Shown here one piece after another: positions 29,601 to 38,145 of a stretch of 64,000 nt of DNA. The notes below the pieces were generated by a model. That model ran no database searches. It worked only from the letters and a program-made list of their open reading frames with translations, and was not told the DNA's origin. Positions within the stretch are counted from its first letter, which is position 1. Every line of letters starts with the position of its first letter. A program made the translations under genes and the position numbers. This stretch comes from a virus: positions 44,378 to 108,377 of the IMG/VR virus record IMGVR_UViG_3300009157_000016, one strand, 5' to 3'.

Positions 29601-30370
29601 CCAACGTGGTTCCTGTTCTCAGCGGTTCCAACGTGTGGAGCGCGGACCAGGAAATCACACGCGCTTCGACGACCATCACTTCGTTGACGTTGGGCAACCA
29701 GCAAAATGCGAACGCTCAAATCGTAGCGCAGATTGTGTTCCGCGGATGGGACTCCGGCAGCGTGGTCCATTCGTACGGTTCAATCCAAGCCCACATCGTT
29801 GACAACACCGACGGCAGTGAGGACGGCCGTCTTGCACTGCGGGCCTCCATCAATACGAATATGACGACAGCGGTGTTTGTTGGCGCTGGTCTCTACACTT
29901 CCAGTGTCTCTGGCGGTGATCAAGGTGCGAATACGATCAACGCAACCACGTTATACGAAGCTGGCGTTTCCTTGGTGGCGAAGTATGCGCGGCTGGGAGT
30001 GGCAAACATCTTCACTGCCGGGCAGACCATGCCGGCTGCGGTTCATACGCAGCTTGTCTTGGCGGATGACACTGCCGGTTCAATTACCCTCCTAGCGCCG
30101 GGTGGTTCTATTGTCGTGGTGAGCACGCGCGGCAACGCCGCTGCGACAGGATCACCTCGAGGAATGTGGTATGTAGCGACCAATGCGGCCACGCTCACGT
30201 CCATCTCATTCATCGCTGACGCGAACTTGAATTTCACGACCGGGGCGCTTACAGGTACAACCGGCACCGACGGAAAATTCACCATGTCTGTCCACAGCAC
30301 CGGCCTCTTCTTTGAGAACCGGATGGGGGCATCCCGCAGCGTGGACGTGTTTGTGATCGGTGGCTTCTAG
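26657..30370 (+). CDS. tail fibre protein with six repeated modules
   Basis: 1237 aa, Ala/Gly/Thr-rich; KPTTLAGYGI.DA motif; six DDADAATARGTLGLGT repeats. Confidence 0.85.
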   Translation: MATRRPLVVVSGFFRELPTGDILPVAFADLTSKPTTLAGYGIVDAQPLDGTLTALAGLNATAGLVEQTGADAFTKRAIGVAAGTSIPTRADGDARWLISTVAAAALAALTPAADRLPYFDSTTTAALATYTAYARTLADDADAATSRGTLGLGTAATQNTGTSGANLPFLNGTNQWSGQQVISLSTASAVPLVIISSEAGSGQGPFLDIRRDSATPAINDDIGALRFHGRDSGGTNTNYGQIDARILDPADTLESSRMRLLTYTLGTLSAVLTLNVGATIGTATDQGANTLNAGALYEAGTAISTKYFLASGISAYGATLVDDADAATARGTLGLGTAAVQNTGTSGATVPLLNTDPTWSGSVHAHIRPSTTIGTAVMGNQANTTNADIYQIAFRALDDGGNVHDYALMRAIILDPANGAESGGLEWRTSVAGTSARRLNLRQGLYTEGVTGTDKGLNTINAGTYYENNVLLSTKYLTSASVSAYILTLLDDTDAATARGTLGLGTSATVNTGTTGATIPLLNGSWTASPGPFVFQSPSTDQGGFAVNSASSAGPPNRVFAVYRDGPLDDTRRVFEVLRASSNAVLAHGSVVWTAATLPASAYFLTLADDADAATARGTLGLGTAAVENIGTTGATVPLLNTSVVFSGATFGVTLGTTTASQISFGSTLATGGTISTIFFNALDSAAAGVNYAGVRATIISATAGAATGRLELRTASASNLTTRVNIDLGMYTPAVTGGDKGVSTLNFGTVYESNSRVWTAATLPASAFFLTLADDADAATARGTLGLGTAATQNTGSSGANLPFLSGTNTWSNPNTFASTSASAMVVRVQTSEDGAAVGPILDLHRISASPTVNDLLGQIRFAGLDSGGTFTSYATIFTQILVATDTAESGILSIQTAVAGTTATRIQIAGGLYTASVTGGDQGIGSINAATLYEAAVRVLTASDVTTYTRTLLNDPDAATARGTLGLGTVAVLNVGTSGSNVVPVLSGSNVWSADQEITRASTTITSLTLGNQQNANAQIVAQIVFRGWDSGSVVHSYGSIQAHIVDNTDGSEDGRLALRASINTNMTTAVFVGAGLYTSSVSGGDQGANTINATTLYEAGVSLVAKYARLGVANIFTAGQTMPAAVHTQLVLADDTAGSITLLAPGGSIVVVSTRGNAAATGSPRGMWYVATNAATLTSISFIADANLNFTTGALTGTTGTDGKFTMSVHSTGLFFENRMGASRSVDVFVIGGF

Positions 30371-30383
30371 GTAGGAGGTAGGT

Positions 30384-30749
30384 ATGACAAAAGTGAACAA
30401 GGAAGTAGACAAGCCGCAACCGCGCAAGATCAACTTCGACGTCGTGCCCGTCATGATTGGCGGGCAGAACGTTACCCTGCGCACGGGCGCGGATGGGAAG
30501 CCAATTGACGCCACGTTGGGGGAGATCTGCATCTTCTGCCTGAACTTCTCAGACCAGATGGAGGACAGGTCCATTACCGGCGAGCAGAAATACAGCTTCT
30601 ACAAGCTGGGAAGGAAGCTCGAGCCGGGCGGTGAGATAGCTTTGCAGGCACAGGAGATTGTCTTGATAAAGCAGCGCGCAGCGAAGGCGCTTACGGCCTA
30701 TGGATACGGGGCGGTGTGCGACCTGATAGACCCGGCACCGTCAGAATGA
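30384..30749 (+). CDS. putative tail fibre assembly/chaperone protein
   Basis: Directly follows the fibre gene; AGGAGG RBS. Confidence 0.55.
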   Translation: MTKVNKEVDKPQPRKINFDVVPVMIGGQNVTLRTGADGKPIDATLGEICIFCLNFSDQMEDRSITGEQKYSFYKLGRKLEPGGEIALQAQEIVLIKQRAAKALTAYGYGAVCDLIDPAPSE

Positions 30750-30943
30750 CGCCCTGCATCTTTGCGCCAAAGGGCTGCCGCTCGCCGGCAGCCTTCTTGG
30801 TCCTTGTCCCGGAGGGGTGCATCTGCTTCGAAGACACTGTGCAAGCGGTCTGTCATCAACACTTTGAGACGCTGGAGACGACAGGCTCGCTTGACGTGAT
30901 CGGATACTTGAACGGCGTGGTGCTGGACCCGGAACTGAACTAG
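30746..30943 (+). CDS. small Cys-rich hypothetical protein
   Basis: ATGA-coupled; MTPCIFAPKGC..GCIC..VCHQH. Confidence 0.5.
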   Translation: MTPCIFAPKGCRSPAAFLVLVPEGCICFEDTVQAVCHQHFETLETTGSLDVIGYLNGVVLDPELN

Positions 30944-31206
30944 TCGCCCCCGCCGCCGCCACCTCCCCCGCCGTCGCCGCACGCTGGGCCGCTGTCGGCC
31001 ACGCTGGGGCCGCAGTCCGCCCCGTGGCCGGCTGAGCCGCCTCCAAAGGTGTCGCCCCCTATGACGGGCTGGACATAGGCGCGGTCCTCATGACGTGATC
31101 TTGGGTACGTAGAGCGGCCTCCGCCACTCGATACGCCTAGTTCCATCTGCTGGCCCTGCTTGAGTCCTTTCCGTTGGCGCTTGCGGCCCAAGTATGGGAA
31201 CTTCAT
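30940..31206 (-). CDS. hypothetical Gly-rich protein
   Basis: ORF ending in poly-Gly; overlaps the next ORF. Confidence 0.35.
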   Translation of the reverse strand: MKFPYLGRKRQRKGLKQGQQMELGVSSGGGRSTYPRSRHEDRAYVQPVIGGDTFGGGSAGHGADCGPSVADSGPACGDGGGGGGGGGD

Positions 31207-31309
31207 TGCACTGTTCTCCTTCGCAACAATGTTGATACCCCCCGTGGCAGTCAGGACAAGGGTGGCCACGTGGCAGCCATCTTGTCCCGTGGCAGGTTCG
31301 ACAGATCAT
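31088..31309 (-). CDS. small zinc-finger-like protein
   Basis: MICRTCHG..CPDCHGG..CCEG; ATGA-coupled. Confidence 0.5.
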   Translation of the reverse strand: MICRTCHGTRWLPRGHPCPDCHGGYQHCCEGEQCNEVPILGPQAPTERTQAGPADGTRRIEWRRPLYVPKITS

Positions 31310-31671
31310 ACCCCGAACATGGCTCCGTTCAACTGCGTGTAGCCGCAGTCGCGGCAGTGCATCTCGATCCGGTTCTTCTCCACGTTGAAGAAGGGATAGA
31401 GCGGCGTGTGGTTGCTGTTGGTCCCGCACGTCAGAGGATGCACGTTGTGCGGGATGGCCGGCTCAGGGTCGCCGGTAGGATGGTTATCGCCGAACCGCAC
31501 ACGGTTCGTCTGATGCATGGTGATGTTGTTCATCGCCGTGATCACTTCCTGCGACCGCCTGATATGGCCGAACAGGTGCATGACCTGATCCGGCGTCAAG
31601 AAGGATGCCTCAGCCTCCTTCTTGAGATGCTCTAGTTCGTGCTGCTTGAGCAGCGCCAAAGCTCTAGGCAT
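31306..31671 (-). CDS. hypothetical protein
   Basis: HPLTCG..CRDCGYTQ; AGGAG RBS. Confidence 0.6.
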   Translation of the reverse strand: MPRALALLKQHELEHLKKEAEASFLTPDQVMHLFGHIRRSQEVITAMNNITMHQTNRVRFGDNHPTGDPEPAIPHNVHPLTCGTNSNHTPLYPFFNVEKNRIEMHCRDCGYTQLNGAMFGV

Positions 31672-32338
31672 TGGGAAACTCCTTGTTGAGACTGTCCCGC
31701 AGTTCGACCAAGTCTTCCTTGGTGAGGAAGCCAACAATGGACGCGCCGTGGTTTGAGCCGTCCATTGCGTGCATGAGATACTCCGACCCACCGCCTTTGT
31801 AGAGGCGCAGGAGCGTCAGGTGCTTGTTCAAGGCAGGCATGGCGAAGATAGACGTCAGGGTGACGGTGCCTTCGTTATCCTTGACTTCCTTGTTGCCGAG
31901 CTGGGCGAACTGATGAATGGCGGTGATGGGCATCCCCTCATCGGGGTTGGCTTCCTTCCACTCACGCATTTTGCCGGCGGTCTCGGTGGCGCGGTTGATC
32001 TTCTCCTTTTCATGGGGCTCGTACATGTTCCGATCGGTGACCCACCGTTCTACCAAGCCGGGCGCTTGCGGGTCGCGGGCCAGCAAGATGAACGTTGGCT
32101 CATCCTCGAACGGGATGTAGACGACCCGCTCCACCAAGCGTGTGACGACTTCGTCCATCACCTGCTGGACTTGGGTTGTGATGAAGTTCGCGAGCGACTT
32201 CTGTGCCGTCTCGGGAACCGCTTCGAAGGCGGCGGGGTACATCTCTTTGAGATGCCGCACCGACGCCAAGGCAGCACCACGAATTTGTGCGTGGTTGCTG
32301 TTGACGAACTCCTTTATTTCGTGATTACGATCTTCCAT
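31664..32338 (-). CDS. hypothetical protein
   Basis: DEPTFILLARDP motif; GAGGAGG RBS. Confidence 0.7.
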   Translation of the reverse strand: MEDRNHEIKEFVNSNHAQIRGAALASVRHLKEMYPAAFEAVPETAQKSLANFITTQVQQVMDEVVTRLVERVVYIPFEDEPTFILLARDPQAPGLVERWVTDRNMYEPHEKEKINRATETAGKMREWKEANPDEGMPITAIHQFAQLGNKEVKDNEGTVTLTSIFAMPALNKHLTLLRLYKGGGSEYLMHAMDGSNHGASIVGFLTKEDLVELRDSLNKEFPNA

Positions 32339-32348
32339 AGACACCTCC

Positions 32349-33326
32349 TCATTCAACGCATTCGTTGGGCAGATACTTCCGGTACTGGCACCAGCCTTTG
32401 AGGTTCCCATGCTTCTCAGGGTGCTGCCAGTAGCCGCCTTCGAAGCCTATGCCATCGGCGCGCAGGTCTTCTGGAACCCACACGTCAGGAGTGGCAACCG
32501 ACTCGGACGGGCTGGCGTGGACCGGCATTGAGCCCACAAGAAGCTTGAAGCGTGCGAACTCCGCTTCATAGGCAGCGTTGCCGTCGAAGGGGGCAATGCT
32601 GACGCGGGCGATACGAGCCGTGCTGATCCTTCTCAAGTCATTGAGGCAGGCTTTGTTATCGTCACCGTGCATCAGCTTCACTTCGTCTCTATCTTCTTCG
32701 CTGATGTAGGGCATGTGCCATTCGCCGGGCTGGAGCAGCTTCGGCGTGCTCATGTTAAGCTCGGTCTGGATGCAGAACGCAAGGTCCTGCATTTCCTGTT
32801 GGGCGGCGGAGTGGTCCCTCAACGCTAGGAAGTTCTTCCAGTTGGTTGTCGACAGGACCAGGTCGATGTAACCAAAGAACTCCAGCGGTCTATTCGCCCA
32901 CTGCTTGTGGACGTCCATCTCATTGAACCAAGCCACCTCGTCCGCCACATGCGCGCACAGCTTGAGCCAGCGCGTCGTGATGGCGTCGAGCGTCTCAGGA
33001 TCAAACTCTTCACCGGGCGTCATGCCCTTGGCGTTGTGGCGAAAGGCTGGCACGTAAGGGTTCTCACGTGCTTCCTTTAGCAGCCGGTTGACCGGCACTG
33101 CCCGTGACGAACGTCCATTGCGGGACATGTCACGGTCGATGAGGATGGAGATGTCAGTCATGACGTCCAAGACCTCACCTTCATAGCCGGAGTGAATCCT
33201 GTGTGTTTTGCAGTCAGCGTGAACCATGCGCGGGAAGCGCACTTGCAGTGACGCAAAGCGGGGAGCGTATTGTCCAATGCTGTCAAGGATCATTGTGGCG
33301 CTAGCGCCGTGTCTCACAGTAGCCAT
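32349..33326 (-). CDS. phage ThyX/Thy1-like flavin-dependent thymidylate synthase (divergent)
   Basis: RFPRMVHA..THR, SRN..SSRAVP, HKQWANR, NFLALR.H..AQ.E, WHMPY, ARIARVS, HASP. Confidence 0.75.
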   Translation of the reverse strand: MATVRHGASATMILDSIGQYAPRFASLQVRFPRMVHADCKTHRIHSGYEGEVLDVMTDISILIDRDMSRNGRSSRAVPVNRLLKEARENPYVPAFRHNAKGMTPGEEFDPETLDAITTRWLKLCAHVADEVAWFNEMDVHKQWANRPLEFFGYIDLVLSTTNWKNFLALRDHSAAQQEMQDLAFCIQTELNMSTPKLLQPGEWHMPYISEEDRDEVKLMHGDDNKACLNDLRRISTARIARVSIAPFDGNAAYEAEFARFKLLVGSMPVHASPSESVATPDVWVPEDLRADGIGFEGGYWQHPEKHGNLKGWCQYRKYLPNECVE

Positions 33327-33342
33327 CGTTTGCCTCGCTAGG

Positions 33343-33371
33343 AAAACCTGCGGGGCTCGCCACCCCGCAGG
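33343..33371 (-). terminator. intrinsic terminator after the endolysin gene
   Basis: cctgcgggg/ccccgcagg stem followed by TTTT on the minus strand. Confidence 0.65.
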
Positions 33372-33386
33372 AAGGTGGAAAGGAAA

Positions 33387-34070
33387 CTACAGTTTGTCGG
33401 CGGTCTCCTTGCGGAGCTTGTCGCCGCAAGCCTTCGCGCCGACGACGCTTGGGTCGAACGACAGCCGGGTGTAATCCCATTTGCCGTCCTGCGCAATGCC
33501 AAGGTTGGCTTGCACCTCGCCGTGAGACAGGAGCTCCTTTGGTGTGGGGTCGATGTCGTAGAACTCACAAAGCTGAGCGCAGACGCTTGTGAGAACGTCC
33601 CATTGCGTCTTCGTCATGGGGTACTTGCCCGAGCTGAACGGGTTTTCCTGCGCGTCAGCCATGCAGCAGAGCGACACGCCGATGCTCTCGGTGTTCGAGT
33701 TCTTGGTGTGTGCGGCGTAGTCGTTGTCGCCAGTGCTGATGTTGTCCGCGATGGTGTGCGTGCCGCGAACGAGCGAGCCGTCACCTTCGATCAGGATGTG
33801 GTAGTGCTCCCGGTCGTTCTCACTGGCCTTGTGGGAGCCCGCCGTCCAATGGACGATGATCCTCGCCATGTGACAGTCGGACAACCAGTCATCCGGAATG
33901 ATGTCCATGTCGGCGCTTGGCGGTGGTGGTTCAGGCACTTCCACAGGCGGGGCATATTTGTCCAGCGCGTCGAAGACGGCTTCCTCAGTGAGGGTGCCGT
34001 ATATGCCGTCGATCTGACCGGGTTTGAATCCCAATGCCGTCAATCGCTGTTGCAGTTCGTCGGTTCTCAT
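33387..34070 (-). CDS. endolysin: peptidoglycan-binding domain + N-acetylmuramoyl-L-alanine amidase
   Basis: LQQRL..LGF.PG.IDGIYG..T; IIVHWTAG, HYHILI, AHT..N..SIGV, SHGE, KWD. Confidence 0.88.
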   Translation of the reverse strand: MRTDELQQRLTALGFKPGQIDGIYGTLTEEAVFDALDKYAPPVEVPEPPPPSADMDIIPDDWLSDCHMARIIVHWTAGSHKASENDREHYHILIEGDGSLVRGTHTIADNISTGDNDYAAHTKNSNTESIGVSLCCMADAQENPFSSGKYPMTKTQWDVLTSVCAQLCEFYDIDPTPKELLSHGEVQANLGIAQDGKWDYTRLSFDPSVVGAKACGDKLRKETADKL

Positions 34071-34202
34071 AAGTGTCTCCTCAATGGGCCTCAAGGCAAG
34101 GCCGGTGCAAGCTTACCATGCCGCGCCGTGGCGCTAGGGCAGGGCGTACAGCGCCGCGCCGCCTAGGGCAGGGCCGCAGGGCCGGCGCAAGGTTAACGCG
34201 CC

Positions 34203-34616
34203 CTAGGGGGCGGCGTCGTAGGCAACGATCAAATCGTTGAGCGCCCCCCTGAGAATGTTGACGGCGTTCTCCTCGGTCTCCTTGTACAGCACCCAAACTT
34301 CCAAGGCGCGTAGCGCCCGTAGCTGATGCTGATTTGAGAAACCGTTCTCCCGTATGTAATGCTCCATCGGGATAGGCTTTTGCCCGGCAAGGACTGGGAA
34401 GCACTGCGGGCCGTTCAGGTTGATCCTGATTTCGACCTCGTGCAGGGCCTTCTGGACGTCCTGCTTTTGATCCTTCCTGTCGTAGCGGCTAAGCCGCTTC
34501 AAGATGGTGAACGCCACCGCATCCCAGTCGTTGTGCATGGCGAACGTGAACGGTTCAATGCGGAGACCCTTGTAGTGGGTTCCACCGACTTGTTCGTCTG
34601 ACGGCTTGTAACTCAT
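34203..34616 (-). CDS. DUF3310 (T7 gp1.7-like) protein
   Basis: QVGGTHYK..IEP..ILK..SR..K..QDVQKA. Confidence 0.75.
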   Translation of the reverse strand: MSYKPSDEQVGGTHYKGLRIEPFTFAMHNDWDAVAFTILKRLSRYDRKDQKQDVQKALHEVEIRINLNGPQCFPVLAGQKPIPMEHYIRENGFSNQHQLRALRALEVWVLYKETEENAVNILRGALNDLIVAYDAAP

Positions 34617-34660
34617 GACGGGTTCCTTCTTAATGCCCATCATGCATATACTGTTCCCAA

Positions 34661-34692
34661 AATGAATAGGGGCCGGAAGTAATTCCGGCCCC
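34661..34692 (-). terminator. probable terminator after the TerB gene
   Basis: 10-bp stem ggggccggaa/ttccggcccc with a T-rich tail on the minus strand. Confidence 0.6.
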
Positions 34693-34715
34693 CCGTAGTG
34701 TGGCGCGAAGCTGTC

Positions 34716-35177
34716 CTACGCCGAGAGCATCTCGATCAGGCCGAGCTTCTTGAGGTCCACGTTGAGTGTTGTCGCGATCTTGTTGAGCACCGCGACCTCC
34801 GTGGCTTCCAGCTCGCCGTCGGCGTAGGCCACGTCAAGGCCGACCAGATAGACGTCTTCACCAATGGTCTCACCCTTGCCCTTGACGTCGGCAATCTCAC
34901 GCATCAAGCCGATGCGGCCCGAATGGGAGTCCGCCTTCTTGAGCATGGTGTCCATCGTCCGCTCAATGTCGTCTGACTTGTAAATTGTGGACAGACTGGC
35001 GTGGCTGCCGACGATCTTCATCGCCTTCGCACGCTCCTCCGGTTCCAGCGTCCCGTCGGCGTAGGCCACCAAGGCGACGGCCGCGCAGCACGCTTCCAGA
35101 AAGTCTTTGTTCTGGCCGTACTCCGCCTTCACTTCCTTGGTGGCGGCACCGACGATCTTCCGCAAAGATCCAAACAT
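34716..35177 (-). CDS. terB: TerB family tellurite-resistance protein
   Basis: Duplicated VAYADG..E..E motifs (LVAYADGTLEPEE, VAYADGELEATE). Confidence 0.88.
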   Translation of the reverse strand: MFGSLRKIVGAATKEVKAEYGQNKDFLEACCAAVALVAYADGTLEPEERAKAMKIVGSHASLSTIYKSDDIERTMDTMLKKADSHSGRIGLMREIADVKGKGETIGEDVYLVGLDVAYADGELEATEVAVLNKIATTLNVDLKKLGLIEMLSA

Positions 35178-35224
35178 ATAGGTAGTCTCCTCTTGCCTGC
35201 GTAGCGGACCCGGCTACGCGCGGG

Positions 35225-35470
35225 TTACCGGAGCCTATCCAACTCTCGTTGGAGCTCCAATCTGATTTCGCTGTCCAAGGTCCCGCGTCGCCGCCACAGG
35301 CGGACCAGCTCTCCCAAGTCAGCGCCGAACCCCTCAAGCCCTTGCGGACCTTCCGTCCTAAGGATTGAGTTCTTGACGACCTGGTCCACGCCTTTCAGCG
35401 CTGCGCTGGACAGCATAGCGACAACGTGCGTAAGACCGATGACGTTCAAGGCACGATGGAACCGGTTCAC
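35225..35470 (-). CDS. hypothetical protein
   Basis: GTGA-coupled ORF. Confidence 0.55.
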   Translation of the reverse strand: MNRFHRALNVIGLTHVVAMLSSAALKGVDQVVKNSILRTEGPQGLEGFGADLGELVRLWRRRGTLDSEIRLELQRELDRLR

Positions 35471-35661
35471 GCCCGGCTAGCCTTGTAGCGCTTGGGGTCG
35501 GACAGGTAGGACTGCCACTCGCCCGAACCGATCTTGCGCATATAGCGCCGCTCAAGCCGGCGACCCACTGACAGGAAGATCCAGCTTGAGACGATCAGTA
35601 TGCAGACGAAGCCTACGATCTCCCCCAAATTGTTCGCAATGACCATACCAAAGAAACTCAT
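35467..35661 (-). CDS. small membrane protein
   Basis: One hydrophobic helix; AGGAGG RBS. Confidence 0.6.
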   Translation of the reverse strand: MSFFGMVIANNLGEIVGFVCILIVSSWIFLSVGRRLERRYMRKIGSGEWQSYLSDPKRYKASRA

Positions 35662-35688
35662 CCGCTTAGCCTCCTAGTTGGCGCGTTG

Positions 35689-35931
35689 TCAGGACATACC
35701 TTTCCTAGGTATTGTTCCTACTTCCTCAACCGTGATGGACGTAAGCTTCGTCACTTCCTCAGGTGACAAAGCGTTGAGGATGGTGAGGCCGCGCTCGACA
35801 CAGCCTAGCGCGACGCCGGTGTTGAACAGCAAGTCGTCCTTGGTGACGTCTACACCCTTGCTGGTTCTGTCGTGGATGCTTTTCAAGGTGAGGAAGCACT
35901 CCTTGAAAGCTTTGATTGCTTCCTGATCCAA
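35689..35931 (-). CDS. hypothetical protein
   Basis: Packed ORF. Confidence 0.55.
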   Translation of the reverse strand: MDQEAIKAFKECFLTLKSIHDRTSKGVDVTKDDLLFNTGVALGCVERGLTILNALSPEEVTKLTSITVEEVGTIPRKGMS

Positions 35932-35945
35932 ATTCGAAACCCTTT

Positions 35946-36245
35946 CTATGTTCGCCGGCCTGCTTTGCCGGCGTGCTTGGCGTTGAAATCTTCATCAGGC
36001 AATAGGCCGTCATCACCTTCATCCCCGACCCCGGAAAGGAAGAAGTCAGCCTCAGTAGGCTCACGCACCTTTACTTCGGGAAAGCCGATTTCCACGACGC
36101 CAACGACTTGCACGATCAACATGCGGCCGGGCTTGGCACTCCGTAGGTACTGCTTCTCAAGAAGCTGCCTGCCGTGGTTGGCTGCGTCTTCTTTGGTGTT
36201 GGCGAAGGTCCGTTGAATAGCGGACACGCAGCAGAACTTCTCCAT
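35946..36245 (-). CDS. hypothetical protein
   Basis: GGAGG RBS. Confidence 0.6.
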   Translation of the reverse strand: MEKFCCVSAIQRTFANTKEDAANHGRQLLEKQYLRSAKPGRMLIVQVVGVVEIGFPEVKVREPTEADFFLSGVGDEGDDGLLPDEDFNAKHAGKAGRRT

Positions 36246-36246
36246 A

Positions 36247-36762
36247 TCAATCTACCTCCTCACTTCTTCGCATGACGTCTATGACGTCGGCTAGGGCGGC
36301 CTTGACCGCCCGGTCTTCTACTTCCTTTTCCCATGTGGACGGATCATCCAGGTCGACAAGGTTGAGGCAGTAGTAGTTCGGCTTGTATTCTTCGATCCAC
36401 GTGATGCCCCTGTTCGGGAAGGTAAACCCGAAGGCAGTGGCCACGGCCTTGAAGATCAGGTCAGGGGGCAGCGCGTCAGGTGCTTCAATGGAAACGCTGA
36501 TATGCTTGCACAGCCCCACCGGTTGTTCTTCGAACGCAATGCTCGCTCGGTATATGGCGTCCAGTATGACGTATTCTGACTGCGGCCGGTGGTGATCCGG
36601 CTTGCGGTCAATGAGGCGGACCAAGGGCCGCGCTTCAATCTTGGTTGGGTTGAGTACGTCTTCGCCTAGCGGCTTCGCACGTGCTTTCGCAATGGCCTCA
36701 GCAATGCGGGCCTTGGTGTCGGGATCATCGAGGTCCATTCTATCAATTTCCTCCTTCTTCAA
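36247..36762 (-). CDS. hypothetical protein
   Basis: SIAFEEQPVGLCKHISVS..LP motif. Confidence 0.7.
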   Translation of the reverse strand: MKKEEIDRMDLDDPDTKARIAEAIAKARAKPLGEDVLNPTKIEARPLVRLIDRKPDHHRPQSEYVILDAIYRASIAFEEQPVGLCKHISVSIEAPDALPPDLIFKAVATAFGFTFPNRGITWIEEYKPNYYCLNLVDLDDPSTWEKEVEDRAVKAALADVIDVMRRSEEVD

Positions 36763-37217
36763 TCACGCCCGAAGCCGAGCGGGAGCTCTATGGTTTCGAC
36801 CTCCTCGACGAACGTCTGAAATTCGTCAAGGTCAGGTGTGATGTCGATCTCACACGCAATAGAGTCAAGGTCTGTCGTGGTGTTGATCTCAATGGTGACT
36901 TCCAGGTCGATGTTCTGGACAGCCTCCAGCTTTTCACGGGTGGCCTCAGCCTTGGGCTCCTCCCATGAGTCGTATTCGGACTTGACGTCCTTCAACGACG
37001 ACAGGGCGTCTTCAATCCGGCCGGTGTGAACGCCGGCCTTCTCTTGGAACTCGTCGTAGAGCGCTTGCAGGTCTTCGGTCAGCCGTTCCTTGAACGTGTT
37101 GACACGATCTTCGACCATGCTGCGGTATTCCTCAACCAGCGTCTTGAACGGCTCAAACGCATCGGCTAGTTCCGTGTGGGCCGCACTCCACCTGTCCTGT
37201 CTGCTCTTCTTTGCCAT
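36759..37217 (-). CDS. acidic coiled-coil hypothetical protein
   Basis: GAGGAG RBS; helical and acidic. Confidence 0.7.
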   Translation of the reverse strand: MAKKSRQDRWSAAHTELADAFEPFKTLVEEYRSMVEDRVNTFKERLTEDLQALYDEFQEKAGVHTGRIEDALSSLKDVKSEYDSWEEPKAEATREKLEAVQNIDLEVTIEINTTTDLDSIACEIDITPDLDEFQTFVEEVETIELPLGFGRD

Positions 37218-37218
37218 G

Positions 37219-37461
37219 TCATTCTCCTCTCGATAGAAAGTGCCACACGACCGTTCCTGTGTATAGGAACGTAGTCAGTATCCAGAAGTTCATGATCAAG
37301 CGGCTGATCTTAACTATGCGCAACCAGTCATTGTATGTTGGAATGTTTCCAAGCTGGAGGAATAGACCAGCGTAGTTCTTGGACATATTCATCAAGCCGC
37401 GCCCCTGTAGGATGAGCGCCAGAAGTAGGGTGTAGGTGAATCCTACGGTGTACCAGTCCAT
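37219..37461 (-). CDS. small two-helix membrane protein
   Basis: Two hydrophobic segments; TGATG coupling. Confidence 0.6.
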   Translation of the reverse strand: MDWYTVGFTYTLLLALILQGRGLMNMSKNYAGLFLQLGNIPTYNDWLRIVKISRLIMNFWILTTFLYTGTVVWHFLSRGE

Positions 37462-37781
37462 CAGCGCCTCCTTTGACGGGGCGGCTCCTCACGGACTATC
37501 TCCACCCCGTGGATCATTAGACGTTCGTTGTGGACCATGTCCATAGGGTCGAAGCCTACCTTGTTGGCATCTTCCCACTTTACCCACTTGAACCGTTTTA
37601 TCAGTTCGTAGAAGTGAGTATCGGACATGACTACGGTGAATTGCTTCAAGGACTGGTTCGTGTCACAGACGGACCTTATGTTCGCGCGTATGACCGCAGC
37701 AGCCAAGTCCTCAGGAGTGATGAAACCATCCTTGGGCTCTATTCTAGTCGGCACGTCCTGCGCAGTTGTCTCCTTGGGCAT
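37461..37781 (-). CDS. hypothetical protein
   Basis: GGAGG RBS. Confidence 0.65.
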   Translation of the reverse strand: MPKETTAQDVPTRIEPKDGFITPEDLAAAVIRANIRSVCDTNQSLKQFTVVMSDTHFYELIKRFKWVKWEDANKVGFDPMDMVHNERLMIHGVEIVREEPPRQRRR

Positions 37782-38127
37782 TGATTGATTCCTCCCCGGC
37801 TATACCCATCTGCGTCCGCCACACGCGACGGTCAAGAGTCAGGTGGTGATAGGCGAACTTCTGGCAAGACCAGCTTTGCGCTCCCATCGTCAGGTAGCGG
37901 CAGCACTCAGCGCCCTGTCCCATCTTGCACACCGCCTTGGCGTATTCGAAGTCGATCCGCGTGTCCAACTCAGGCTTCTCTTCCGTGAAATGAAAGAGGC
38001 CCGTCTGATGGTTGTGGACGACCCACCGGGCAAGTCGGTTCCCTATGTGGGCACCGGGGGTATTGTTCCAGCCAACGCGCTCGGCGTTGGCTGTAGTGTT
38101 TTCGTATATGGTTTGGAACTCAGCCAT
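37744..38127 (-). CDS. Cys-rich hypothetical protein
   Basis: CKMGQGAECCRYL..CQK..GDNC. Confidence 0.65.
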   Translation of the reverse strand: MAEFQTIYENTTANAERVGWNNTPGAHIGNRLARWVVHNHQTGLFHFTEEKPELDTRIDFEYAKAVCKMGQGAECCRYLTMGAQSWSCQKFAYHHLTLDRRVWRTQMGIAGEESINAQGDNCAGRAD

Positions 38128-38145
38128 TACCCTCTCCCGTTGGTG

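Noticed and set aside
26657-30370. Diversity-generating retroelement or invertase acting on the tail fibre
   Set aside because: No reverse transcriptase, TR/VR pair or recombinase seen in the window
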